Positions 54,101 to 60,759 of a stretch of DNA of 64,000 nt are shown one piece after another. The notes under the pieces were generated by a model. The model worked only from the letters and a program-made list of their open reading frames with translations, was not told the DNA's origin and searched no databases. The stretch is from Chiloscyllium plagiosum (taxonomy: Eukaryota), in NCBI RefSeq assembly GCF_004010195.1, contig NC_057728.1, forward strand, positions 5,968,175-6,032,174, written 5' to 3'. Both the position numbers and the translations under genes were made by a program. Position 1 is the first letter of the stretch, and each line of letters opens with the position of its first letter.

Positions 54101-57100
54101 CGCGTTCCTTCCTCTTCACTGTGTTCAGACAAAGACTTGGTGTACTGCCCCCTCTCCACTTCACGCTCTCTCGGCAGCTCAAAATATCTAACTCCTTTGT
54201 CCTCCTCCCTTCCTCCTACAAGGATTGTCAACTCTTTCCTGGCCTCCTGGAATTGTCGCTAATCTCCAAGACCCTCTGAAGAGCTAAAATAGTCATTTTC
54301 TTTTGACTATTTCTGGTTTGTTTGCTATGAGACAAAAGTTTCTTCACAGGCAGTTATGAATCATGCAATTGGGTCTGCTTGCTTTCTATCTGATACAAGG
54401 TAGTATGCCTAGAGAATGACAAATCAGGCATCTAATTTTTGGAGTTTGTTGGAGGCTGTTCGAGGCCGTGTTGGGGACTGCCAGGAACATGGGTAACTAG
54501 AGTTGGCAACCCATCTCTTAGATATTTCAAGCCATTAAAAGCAATGCTTGCACCACCTTGCTGATTTATCCCTGAATCCTGTCCCTTTATCTTGGATGAA
54601 TGTTTTTGAAAAGGAAAAGTGCAATTAATTTGTTTCCTGCTTCTGCAGTTACAGTCCCATCCAACAAGACCCCAGCAGCCCCTCAGCAAGTGAGGGTGGG
54701 AGAATTCGAATCATACTGTGTGCTTGTCAGCTGGAAACCACCTTCTGCATCCCCGAATGAGACAATACAATACAATGTGAGTACTGTTATGGACTAGGCC
54801 AGACCACTCAAAGCATTGTGGGCGGCACGGTGGCACAGTGGTTAGCACTGCTGCCTCACAGCGCCAGAGACCCGGGTTCAATTCCCGCCTCAGGCGACTG
54901 ACTATGTGGAGTTTGCACGTTCTCCCCATGTCTGCGTGGGTTTCCTCCGGGTGCTCCGGTTTCCTCCCACAGTCCAAAGATGTGCAGCTTAGGTGAATTG
55001 GCCATACTAAATTGCCCGTAGTGTTAGGTAAGGGGTAAATGTAAATGTAGGGGTAGGGGTATGGGTGGGTTGCGCTTCGGCGGGTCGGTGTGGACTTGTT
55101 GGGCCGAAGGGCCTGTTTCCACACTGTAATGTAATCTAATCTAATCTCATTCTTAAACAGGCAGCCCAGACCATAACAATTTGTTATGGTTATAGCAATT
55201 TGTTTTGGTAAGTGTACAGTAAAAATTATTCAGATTAAATTAGCAGGGTTGACTACCAGATTTAAAACAGACAAAAACTTTATTCATAAAGTTACAAATG
55301 AAACATGAAGAACAGAATAAAGAACCCCTACAGACCTCAGTCTATCCAAACTAGACTTAAGTATGTTGTTCTGAATATACACAACAGTCCCAATAAACAA
55401 GCCCCCTTTAAGACACAGTGCAAAAAAGGGTCAGATGCTTACAGGTTGAAGTTAGAAGGGTAGAAGAGAGAGTTACCACACAGCTCACTGTTGAACTCCC
55501 AACCAATTCTGGACTGAACTAACTTGCTCAGCTGGAGAGCTGACCACTCCCCTTTCATTCTACAGGTCACTTCTAAAACATGGCGACTTTAGCCTGAACA
55601 TATAAACAAAAAGGCCTCTCAATACTCTTTAATCTCAGTACCAAACCAGACTGATCAGAGCCCGGCCTGGTTTACTACCCCTCAGGAAAAAAATCAAGGA
55701 CAGTGTCTCCTTGAGCCAAGGAACAGCTTTTAGGAAAAAAGGGACAAGCTTTGTGACAGTAAAAAGCAGGGAGAGAAGGAGTGGGCGGCACGGTGGCACA
55801 GTGGTTAGCACTGCTGCCTCACAGCGCTAGAGACCCGGGTTCAATTCCCGCCTCAGGCGACTGACTGTGTGGAGTTTGCACGTTCTCCCCGTGTCTGCGT
55901 GGGTTTCCTCCGGGTGCTCCGGTTTCCTCCCACAGTCCAAAGATGTGCAGGTCAGGTGAATTGGCCATGCTAAATTGCCCGTAGTGTTAGGTAAGGGATA
56001 AATGTAAGGGTATGGGTGGGTTGTGCTTCGGCGGGTCGGTGTGGACTTGTTGGGCCGAGGGCCTGTTTCCACACTGTAAGTAATCTAATCTAATTCTTGT
56101 AAGTAATCTAATCTAATTCTTAAAACTATTCATAATCTGCTCGGGGTGGTTGCAAAATGGAAAATTCCTTTCTTTTGCTAAAACATCTGTTAAAATATGG
56201 ATGAATTCAGGACCATGGCCTCATTTGAATTTGGCCAATGAATCGTAGGTTCTGAGGCTGTTGTGTTTTGTCAGCAATAAGTCAGTGTGCCCCATTGAGA
56301 GGCGTGCTTGTGATATCATCACTGCATCATAGCATCGGAGGGTGTAAAGACATCATATTCCTCATACTTTGAATCATTTGAAACATGACATGATGCTGGA
56401 AGCAGCTTCTTCAGTTGTTAACTAATGGCATAATATTAGCACAGACATTGAAGAAAGTAATATGTGCATAGAATAGTTAGTTGCAATAAATATCTGTTGG
56501 ATTCTTCAATGTTCCAAAGTCCACACCTAGTTTCTTAATTTATGTGGGAGATCAATTTGAACAGCCTGTTGGAGCCAAAGACTGCTTTAGGGTCTCAGGA
56601 ATATAGACCAGCTAGATAGACGTCATTATAGCTGTTTCACAGAGGTTGTGTTGGAGGTGATAATGTGCCAGGGGTAAGGGGTTGTGGAGGATAGGGTTTA
56701 AGGTCAGTCTATTAAAGATCCAAGGTACTTGCAGGTAATCTGGAAGATTAGCCACCAGCGCTCCAGAAAGAGAACTGATTTTTTTTCCCTCAGTTTTCAT
56801 GGGAACGCTGTTGTACACTAGCCACGCCACATCTCCCTCTTTGGTACAACAGGATATTGGGCTCTCCATGGCTGCAAGATAAAAGAGTGGGGCGACTATG
56901 TTTGGCTAGAAGAGTTCTCACTTCTCAACATCATTCAGGAACCCTGGACTGGAAAGTAGGAACTAATTAAAGTGATAGCTGGACAGAGTTTAAATGTGAT
57001 CTGGGAGTGGGAGTGTGGGGTTTTTTTTAATGACAATCAATGGTAATTCTATCGTCACCATTACTTTACAGTCTGGATTTTTATTAATCTAATTTGAATT

Positions 57101-60100
57101 CTGCCATCATCTATAGAGGGATTTGACCCCATGTACCTACAGCATTAGCCTGATCATCTAGATTAATAGTCCAGTGATATTTCCACTTGATCACCTTTTC
57201 CCCATAAGTAAAAGATTTGTAGAAAGGCGTACTAGAATGATAGCTCAGCATTTTTTCTAATTAAATTACATTTTAACATGAGTCAGCAATCTGTCCAGAA
57301 GAAAGGAAAAGGCTCTCTTTCCCCGTTTGTATGTTATTCCACTTTCATAGTGTCTTAGAGTCCCTACAGTGCAGAAAGAGGCCATTCAGCCCATTGAGTC
57401 CACATCAACCTGCCAAAGAGCATCCCATCCAGACCCATCTCCCCTACCCTATCCTGCATTGCAATCCTGTACATCCCATGGCTAATTCATCTAATCTACA
57501 TATCTCTGGACACTATGGGCAATTTAGCATGGCCAATCCATCTAACCAGCATATCATTGGTCTATGGGAGGAAACCGGAACACCCGAAGGAAACCCATTC
57601 AGACACTGAGAATGTGCAAACTCCACACAGTCAGCCAGCCAGCCAAGACTGGAATCAAATCCAAATTTCAGGCACTGTGGAGTAGCAGTGCTAACCACTG
57701 AGCCAACGTACCACCCTTCAGTGAAAGGGATCTTAATAAAACTGTATGAGACCAGTGCTCACTGTGGTAATAGCACCATCCTCCATATTATTAAGTGTTC
57801 AAACACTCCTCAGCTTCATTTCAGTGTAGTGCTAAAGAAATGAAATGTGCTTGATGGTCTGCCCAACATGTATTCCTCAATCAACATGTCAACCAGATCA
57901 TTAGGCTTTTATTGTCTTTTGCTGTTTGTGGGATCTGGCAGCATCTGAATTAGAAACCTATCAAGGTAATCTAATGCAGCTATAACACTGGCATTTACCC
58001 AGCAAGGTGGAAAAGTCCTGCACACAAAAAGCAAGAGAAACACAACCCAGCCAATTACCGCCTCATCAGTCTATTCTCAATCGTCAGCAAAGTGATGGGA
58101 GGTGTCATTAATAGTTCAATCAAGTGGTTTCTCCACAGAAACCCACTCCTGAATGCTCAGTTCGGAACCCACCAGGACCACTCAGCTCCGGTCACCATTA
58201 CAGCCTAGATCCAAAATGTGGATGAAAGAGCTGATCTCCAGGTGTGAGGTGGGACTGACTATGTGGATGAAAGAGCTGATTTCCAGGTGTGAGGTGGGAC
58301 TGACTATATGGATGAAAGAGCTGATCTCCAGGTGTGAGGTGGGAGTGACTATGTCTGACGTCGTGACAACATTTGTCCGAGTGTGGCATCCAGGATTTCT
58401 AGCAAAAGGTACGTTATTGAGAATTGGGAAACATGCCATTGGATGAAGGCTCAGCGAGAGAAAGTAAGAGGATTCCTGATGAAGGGCTTATGCCCGAAAC
58501 ATCGATTCTCCTGCTCCTCAGTTGTTGCCTGACCTGCTGTGCTTTTTCTGCACCACACTTTTCGACTCTGACTCTCCAGCATCTGCAGTTCTCACTTTCT
58601 CAAAGTAAGATGATTGTTAACTGATTCACTTACTTCCTCTATTATAGTTGGGCAATCAGTGCCGGCCTCGCCCACTTCCAATAAGTAAATATTTCTTGTG
58701 AAAAAACACATTTGCTACAAGATAATGTGTGGATAACATTTTGTTTCTTAAATTAGGAATTCCAAGGCCTTTGACAAGGTCCCTCATGGCAGGCTGATAC
58801 AAAATGTGAAGTCACATGGGATCTGCAGTGATCCTGGTAATATGGATACAGAACTGGATTAGTCATAGAAGACAGAGTAGCAGTGGAAGGGTGTTTTTTT
58901 GATTGGAGATCTGTGACTGGTAGTGTTTCGTAGGGATCAGTGCTGGGACCCCTGTTGTTTCTAATATATATAAGTGGTTTGGAGAAGAATGTAGGTGGCC
59001 TGATTAGTAAGTTTGCAGATGCCACAAAGATTGGCAGACAGTGAGGAGGATATTGCAGGACATAGATAAGCTGAAGACTTGGGCAGAGAAATGGCAGATG
59101 AAGTTTAATCTGGACAAATGCAAGGTGATACATTTTGGAAGATTTAATGCAGGAGGGAAGTATACAGTAAATGGTAGAATCCTTAAAGTATTAACATACA
59201 GAAGCATCTATGCATGCAGGTCCACTGTTCCCTGAAAGTAGCAACATAGTAGATAAGGTGGTCAAGAAGGTATATGACATGCTTGCCTTTGTCGGTCAGA
59301 TTATTAAAATTGGCAAGTCATGTTGCAGCTGTACAGAACTTTAGTTAGGCCACACTTGGAGTATTGTGTACAATCCTGGTCACCACACTACTGTAAGGAT
59401 GTGGAGGCAGTGGAGAAGGTACGGAAATGGTTTACCACAATTTGCCTGGTTTGGAGTGTATTAGCTAGGAGTAGCGATTGAACAAACTTAGTTTGCTTTC
59501 ACTTGAACTTTGAACAATGGGGGAACAACCTGATAGAAGTTACAAAATTACAAGAGGAATGGATACTCTGAGTCTTTCTCCAAGGGTAGAAATGTCAGTT
59601 ACTTGGGGACATAGGTTAAGGTAAAAGGGGAGAAAGTTTAAAGGAAACGTAAGGGGCAGGTTTTGACACAGAGGGTGGTAAGTGTCTGCAATGTGCTGCC
59701 AGAAGAAATAGTGGAGGCAGATACAATAGCAATGTTTAAGAGGCACTTTGACAGATCATGAATAGGCAGGGAATACAAAGATATGCACCATGTCAAGGTA
59801 AAAGATTTTTTATTTCAAAAGGCATTATGTGTTGGTGGGCTGCAAGACCTGTGCTGTATTGTTTCTTCTTCTTTATTCTTTGAGTGAATGGGATTGTCCA
59901 TAATTCTACTTTTGATCATTGGAATGTGGGAACAGAGAAAATTGAGAATTTAGATGAAGTCTTGCCCCTTTGTTTCTAAGCAACAATTTAATGGTGAGGG
60001 TCACTTTAAGATGTTGGCTGATTGGTAAGATAAATATTCCTTTGTTTCAACAGGTTAATGTCCAGGTACCGGATTCCTCACCTGTACGATATACGACAAA

Positions 60101-60240
60101 TGCTAACTATATCTATTTACGAGATTTGCCTCAGAAGCCCACCTATAACATCACTGTTTCTGCGGTGAACCGCCAAGGTGAAGGATCGCCCAGTAAGAAG
60201 GTCTCCCTCAGGATGCTGCAAAAGCAGCAACCTACACCAG
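1..60240 (+). CDS. Partial multi-exon gene for a large extracellular FN3/EGF/cbEGF/CUB mosaic protein (24 exons traced; 5' and 3' ends not identified)
   Basis: 24 exons with AG/GT boundaries and matching phases (1-1, except the last FN3, split 1-0 and 0-1) splice into one open frame of about 1,120 aa with recognisable FN3, EGF and CUB motifs. Confidence 0.88.
831..1174 (-). mobile_element. HE1/V-SINE-type tRNA-derived SINE (young)
   Basis: Reverse complement of the copies at 54819 and 55783; A/B boxes, V-domain core, (AATCT)n tail at 831-856; small internal tandem duplication near 1048-1085. Confidence 0.88.
1312..1617 (-). mobile_element. Older V-SINE-type SINE
   Basis: Diverged core gggaggaaaccggagcac...ggaaacccacac and tRNA-like head. 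Confidence 0.8.
2117..2215 (+). CDS. Exon B1: C-half of FN3 domain 1
   Basis: ttccag|GT CTG...TCT G|gtgag; 99 nt; [33 protein letters not shown]; paralog at 41696-41794. Confidence 0.88.
2774..2951. mobile_element. Fold-back mini-element derived from a Penelope-like terminus
   Basis: Inverted arms gtgtggtgctggaaaagcaca / tgtgcttttccagcaccacac; flanked by agattaaaaaat(a/g)tg direct repeat. Confidence 0.75.
3570..3740 (+). CDS. Exon C1: N-half of FN3 domain 2 (acceptor probably shifted 12 nt relative to paralog)
   Basis: [57 protein letters not shown]; donor gtaaga at 3741; nearest in-phase AG is 3568-3569. Confidence 0.82.
3880..4265 (+). mobile_element. Penelope-like element 3' end / pseudo-LTR fragment (second family)
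   Basis: Decayed hammerhead motif cacCTGATGAaggaacagcgctccaAAAgctagtg at 4146-4180; family assignment is inference. Confidence 0.6.
4340..4945 (-). mobile_element. Penelope-like retroelement fragment with GIY-YIG endonuclease
   Basis: ORF 4401-5021(-): [20 protein letters not shown]...REFLEAWHS; hammerhead-like motif at 4381-4420 (-). Confidence 0.9.
4946..5258 (+). mobile_element. Penelope-like 3' UTR / pseudo-LTR fragment
   Basis: C-rich tract followed by CTGAAGAagggttgcacccGAAA (5140-5162) and the gatgctgcctg...ttccagcatctg terminus shared with the 23095-23935 element. Confidence 0.7.
5575..5673 (+). CDS. Exon D1: C-half of FN3 domain 2
   Basis: tttcag|; [33 protein letters not shown] (L-x-P-x-x-x-Y FN3 motif); donor gtatgt; 99 nt. 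Confidence 0.92.
5779..5967 (+). CDS. Exon E1: N-half of FN3 domain 3
   Basis: ggcag|; [62 protein letters not shown]; donor gtaaag; 189 nt. Confidence 0.92.
6405..7145 (+). mobile_element. CR1-type LINE 3' fragment interrupted by a fold-back element
   Basis: [15 protein letters not shown]...[14 protein letters not shown]...[10 protein letters not shown], typical of the CR1 ORF2 C-terminus. Confidence 0.85.
6893..7110. mobile_element. Fold-back Penelope-terminus mini-element with 14-bp TSD
   Basis: About 85-bp near-perfect inverted arms around 7007-7025; ttaaagagatatgg at 6879-6892 and 7111-7124. Confidence 0.85.
7252..7600 (+). mobile_element. Second tRNA-derived SINE family (related copies near 27240-27525, 49476-49900 and 57015-57200 on -)
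   Basis: tggcccagtggta...ggttcaaatacc head; shared core aatgtcctt(t/c)agg(g)aa..aaa.ctgccat seen in repeated copies. Confidence 0.7.
7907..8005 (+). CDS. Exon F1: C-half of FN3 domain 3
   Basis: gaatag|; [33 protein letters not shown]; donor gtaagt; 99 nt. Confidence 0.9.
8620..9325 (-). mobile_element. CR1-type LINE 3' fragment
   Basis: [37 protein letters not shown] and [12 protein letters not shown] on the - strand. Confidence 0.85.
8977..9126. mobile_element. About 150-bp MITE-like insertion (possibly hAT-type) inside the CR1 fragment
   Basis: Interrupts CR1 sequence caggaa|tcagtctggtaaac; decayed TIRs taatgttc / gaatgttg; degenerate 8-bp flanks ctcaggaa / tcgatgaa. Confidence 0.45.
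9530..10120 (+). mobile_element. Old CR1-type LINE 3' remnant
   Basis: AYDILG...[26 protein letters not shown]-like decayed motifs. Confidence 0.6.
10358..10474 (+). CDS. Exon G: EGF-like domain
   Basis: tgcacag|; [38 protein letters not shown] (6 Cys); donor gtgtgt; 117 nt. Confidence 0.92.
10660..12960 (+). mobile_element. Long CR1-type LINE fragment: ORF1 esterase-like tail, APE endonuclease and RT (disrupted)
   Basis: [12 protein letters not shown]; [27 protein letters not shown]; [45 protein letters not shown]; multiple stops and frameshifts. Confidence 0.93.
12961..13100 (-). mobile_element. Inverted CR1 RT fragment abutting the + strand LINE
   Basis: [17 protein letters not shown] on the - strand. 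Confidence 0.75.
14212..14334 (+). CDS. Exon H1: calcium-binding EGF domain
   Basis: [41 protein letters not shown]; D-x-N-E-C and C-x-N-x-x-G-S-F-x-C motifs; AG/GT; 123 nt. Confidence 0.95.
15260..15913 (+). mobile_element. Unclassified GC-rich retroposon-like insert with (AAATC)n tail
   Basis: GC-rich body ending aataaatcaaatcaaatcaaatc at about 15890-15912. Confidence 0.5.
16463..16585 (+). CDS. Exon H2: calcium-binding EGF domain
   Basis: [41 protein letters not shown]; ctcag|...|gtaaat; 123 nt. Confidence 0.95.
16797..17109 (+). mobile_element. HE1/V-SINE-type SINE
   Basis: gtggtgcagtggttagc...gggtttcctccgggtgctccggtttcctcccac...aatctaatctaatc. Confidence 0.88.
17600..17895 (+). mobile_element. 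CR1-type LINE 3' end (related to 60760-61095)
   Basis: gggagtctaa.actagagg...aggtgagagggg..agatgcaaaag...ttcacacagagg. Confidence 0.65.
18572..18694 (+). CDS. Exon H3: calcium-binding EGF domain
   Basis: [41 protein letters not shown]; cccag|...|gtaagt; 123 nt. Confidence 0.95.
20417..20539 (+). CDS. Exon H4: calcium-binding EGF domain
   Basis: [41 protein letters not shown]; cccag|...|gtaact; 123 nt. Confidence 0.95.
21673..21836 (+). pseudogene. Frameshifted duplicate (pseudo-exon I1) of the cbEGF exon at 22146-22271
   Basis: Same splice sites as I2 but with a 38-bp internal tandem duplication (21732-21769, 21770-21807), giving 164 nt, not a multiple of 3. Confidence 0.85.
22146..22271 (+). 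CDS. Exon I2: calcium-binding EGF domain
   Basis: [42 protein letters not shown]; ttcag|...|gtttga; 126 nt. Confidence 0.92.
23095..23935 (+). mobile_element. Penelope-like retroelement 3' part (GIY-YIG plus pseudo-LTR)
   Basis: CHRRNCKTC...[20 protein letters not shown]...FREHL...TLQPQGIN; hammerhead-like motif at 23804-23834; short inverted terminus follows near 23965-24015. Confidence 0.9.
24310..24820 (+). mobile_element. Old CR1-type LINE 3' remnant
   Basis: Decayed tgtgcacag.tctgatctccatg...agagatgacctga...ggctgaatggtctgtttct. Confidence 0.5.
24997..25122 (+). CDS. Exon J: calcium-binding EGF domain
   Basis: [42 protein letters not shown]; ttgcag|...|gtaagc; 126 nt. Confidence 0.95.
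25926..26765 (+). mobile_element. Penelope-like element: RT fragment, gap, pseudo-LTR end
   Basis: [11 protein letters not shown]...[10 protein letters not shown]...FHPDLKFT...LPFLDLSI (YIDD catalytic motif); hammerhead-like motif at 26674-26701. Confidence 0.88.
26169..26651. other. Assembly gap (483 N)
   Basis: Run of n characters. Confidence 1.
29065..29375 (+). mobile_element. HE1/V-SINE-type SINE
   Basis: Head, core and taatctaatctaatc tail. Confidence 0.88.
29645..29830 (+). CDS. Exon K: Cys/Pro linker plus N-half of a divergent CUB domain
   Basis: [62 protein letters not shown] resembles CUB G-x-I-x-S-P-N-Y-P-x-x-Y...W; ttctag|...|gtaaat; 186 nt, no stops. Confidence 0.85.
29905..30545 (-). 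mobile_element. CR1-type LINE 3' fragment
   Basis: Reverse complement of [15 protein letters not shown] and 3' ORF2 motifs. Confidence 0.75.
32483..32784 (-). mobile_element. HE1/V-SINE-type SINE
   Basis: Near-identical to 831-1174. Confidence 0.9.
33069..33287 (+). CDS. Exon L: C-half of divergent CUB domain
   Basis: [23 protein letters not shown]...[22 protein letters not shown] matches CUB E...DY and V-x-F-x-S...F-x-x-x-Y; acacag|...|gtgagt; 219 nt. Confidence 0.85.
33385..34600 (-). mobile_element. CR1-type LINE RT / 3' fragment
   Basis: [50 protein letters not shown]. Confidence 0.9.
34800..36160 (+). mobile_element. Decayed CR1-type LINE with a nested older SINE (35191-35506, -)
   Basis: [29 protein letters not shown] motifs; SINE core on - strand. 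Confidence 0.75.
36310..37400 (-). mobile_element. CR1-type LINE 3' fragment with a nested, internally deleted HE1-type SINE (36868-37038)
   Basis: [30 protein letters not shown]; [16 protein letters not shown]; (agatt)n plus SINE head. Confidence 0.85.
37768..37945. mobile_element. Fold-back Penelope-terminus mini-element with 14-bp TSD
   Basis: cattccctgagtca at 37754-37767 and 37946-37959; inverted arms. Confidence 0.85.
38012..38131 (+). CDS. Exon M: EGF-like domain
   Basis: [40 protein letters not shown] (6 Cys); ttgcag|...|gtaagg; 120 nt. Confidence 0.92.
38765..39225 (-). mobile_element. Penelope-like 3' fragment
   Basis: Reverse-complement similarity to 23430-23860. Confidence 0.8.
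39328..39522 (+). CDS. Exon A2: N-half of FN3 domain 4 (paralog of A1)
   Basis: ccctag|; [47 protein letters not shown]...SLVFT; donor gtaggt; 195 nt. Confidence 0.92.
40220..41260 (+). mobile_element. Decayed CR1-type LINE
   Basis: [41 protein letters not shown] motifs. Confidence 0.8.
41696..41794 (+). CDS. Exon B2: C-half of FN3 domain 4
   Basis: ttacag|; [33 protein letters not shown]; donor gtgagt; 99 nt. Confidence 0.9.
42170..42560 (+). mobile_element. RTE-clade LINE remnant
   Basis: [21 protein letters not shown] resembles the RTE/BovB C-terminal LLYGSETW motif. Confidence 0.55.
43840..44850 (-). mobile_element. Penelope-like element 3' part with an inverted pseudo-LTR copy at its truncated end
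   Basis: [22 protein letters not shown]; hammerhead-like motif at 43899-43940 (-); 44797-44848 (+) repeats 43865-43914 in inverted orientation. Confidence 0.85.
45314..45496 (+). CDS. Exon C2: N-half of FN3 domain 5
   Basis: cttcag|; [61 protein letters not shown]; donor gtaaga; 183 nt. Confidence 0.92.
46060..46307. mobile_element. Fold-back Penelope-terminus mini-element with TSD
   Basis: Two opposed decayed CTGATGA motifs (about 46180 on -, about 46220 on +); ttccaaatct direct repeat on both sides. Confidence 0.8.
47667..48005 (+). mobile_element. Older V-SINE-type SINE
   Basis: Diverged head and core. Confidence 0.75.
48138..48468 (+). mobile_element. HE1/V-SINE-type SINE
   Basis: Head, core and (aatct)n tail. 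Confidence 0.88.
49722..49801 (+). mobile_element. 80-bp Penelope-terminus fragment with 13-bp TSD, inserted in a SINE
   Basis: ccctctgaaatag at 49709-49721 and 49802-49814. Confidence 0.75.
50761..50859 (+). CDS. Exon D2: C-half of FN3 domain 5
   Basis: tttcag|; [33 protein letters not shown]; donor gtatgt; 99 nt. Confidence 0.93.
50973..51161 (+). CDS. Exon E2: N-half of FN3 domain 6
   Basis: ggcag|; [62 protein letters not shown]; donor gtaaag; 189 nt. Confidence 0.92.
51612..51892 (+). mobile_element. Older V-SINE-type SINE
   Basis: ggtggctcagcggttagcactgctgcctcacagc head and deleted core. Confidence 0.75.
52337..53008 (+). mobile_element. Probable solo LTR (672 bp) inserted in a - strand CR1 remnant
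   Basis: CTGC direct repeat on both sides; ends in CA (start TA rather than TG); TATA-like tataaa near 52865 and AATAAA near 52941. Confidence 0.6.
53449..53547 (+). CDS. Exon F2: C-half of FN3 domain 6
   Basis: taacag|; [33 protein letters not shown]; donor gtaagt; 99 nt. Confidence 0.92.
54649..54776 (+). CDS. Exon N: N-part of FN3 domain 7 (phase 1-0)
   Basis: ctgcag|; [42 protein letters not shown]; donor gtgagt. Confidence 0.9.
54819..55146 (+). mobile_element. HE1/V-SINE-type SINE (young)
   Basis: Full head ggcggcacggtggcacagtggttagc, B box gggttcaattccc, core and tail. Confidence 0.92.
55182..55758 (-). mobile_element. Possible solo LTR
   Basis: Termini TGTTAT...GTGACA; AATAAA on - strand near 55278; no TSD found. 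Confidence 0.45.
55783..56120 (+). mobile_element. HE1/V-SINE-type SINE (young) with duplicated tail
   Basis: Near-identical to the 54819 copy; gtaagtaatctaatctaattctt occurs twice in tandem. Confidence 0.92.
57346..57716 (-). mobile_element. Older V-SINE-type SINE
   Basis: Diverged core and head on - strand. Confidence 0.75.
57960..58420 (+). mobile_element. LINE RT fragment (L2/CR1-clade) containing a 45-bp tandem repeat
   Basis: [23 protein letters not shown]...FVRVWH. Confidence 0.7.
58216..58350 (+). repeat. Tandem repeat, 3 x 45 bp
   Basis: atgtggatgaaagagctgatctccaggtgtgaggtgggactgact at 58216, 58261 and 58306. Confidence 0.95.
58470..58601 (+). ncRNA. Penelope-like terminus with the best-preserved minimal hammerhead-ribozyme motif (58476-58503)
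   Basis: CUGAUGA-A-GGGC-uuau-GCCC-GAAA-CA-UC; other copies read GAAACGUC. Confidence 0.6.
58757..59860 (+). mobile_element. CR1-type LINE RT / 3' fragment
   Basis: [62 protein letters not shown]. Confidence 0.9.
60054..60240 (+). CDS. Exon O: C-part of FN3 domain 7 (phase 0-1)
   Basis: caacag|; [62 protein letters not shown] (Y-x-x-x-V-x-A-x-N-x-x-G-x-G); donor gtaagg. Confidence 0.92.
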
Positions 60241-60246
60241 GTAAGG

Positions 60247-60427
60247 TTCAAAGGCATCACCTCGCATTTGACGAGATTAAACTTCATCTGCCATTTCTCT
60301 GCCCAAGTCTTCAGCTTGTCTATATCCTGCAATATCCTCCTCACTGTCCGCCAACCTTTGTGGCATCTACAAACTTGCTAATCAGGCCACCTGCATTTCT
60401 TCTCCAAACCACTTATACATGTTAGAA
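60247..60427 (-). repeat. Inverted copy of CR1 segment 58958-59139, starting just after the exon O donor
   Basis: About 90% identical by eye, with shared private deletions. Confidence 0.85.
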
Positions 60428-60759
60428 CACTCACAGGGGTCAGCAAGATGACAAATTGAGAAACTATTGGAAATATGAGTGGTTTTCTCCTGACTGAATC
60501 CTCTATTTCAAGTACCCACTGAAAGAAACTTCATCTTTGTTATGATCATTTTCCAATGCAAGCAGTTCAAACTCATTTAATTCTCTGATTCCCTACTTCT
60601 CTTTGCTCTTTAAGGTCCTCCTTAACATCTATCTTTTTGACCAAACATTTGAATACCATTTCATTCCCTGCTTTAATTTTTTTTGTTGTCCAACAAGCAC
60701 ACCATGGAATGTTTTGTGTTGTCAAAGGCACTACATAAATGTGAATTATATATTATCTA

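Noticed and set aside
54819-54890. tRNA gene calls at SINE heads
   Set aside because: A/B boxes continue directly into the SINE core and tail; no independent cloverleaf is supported.
56612-56885. Minus-strand 85-aa ORF preceded by a good acceptor-like tract
   Set aside because: No recognisable domain, donor or partner exon; cannot be supported without expression data.
1-60240. Naming the gene UMODL1, SNED1, SCUBE, tenascin, fibrillin or cubilin
   Set aside because: No SEA, ZP, NIDO, TB or fibrinogen domain is seen and the domain order fits none of them, so the symbol is left blank.
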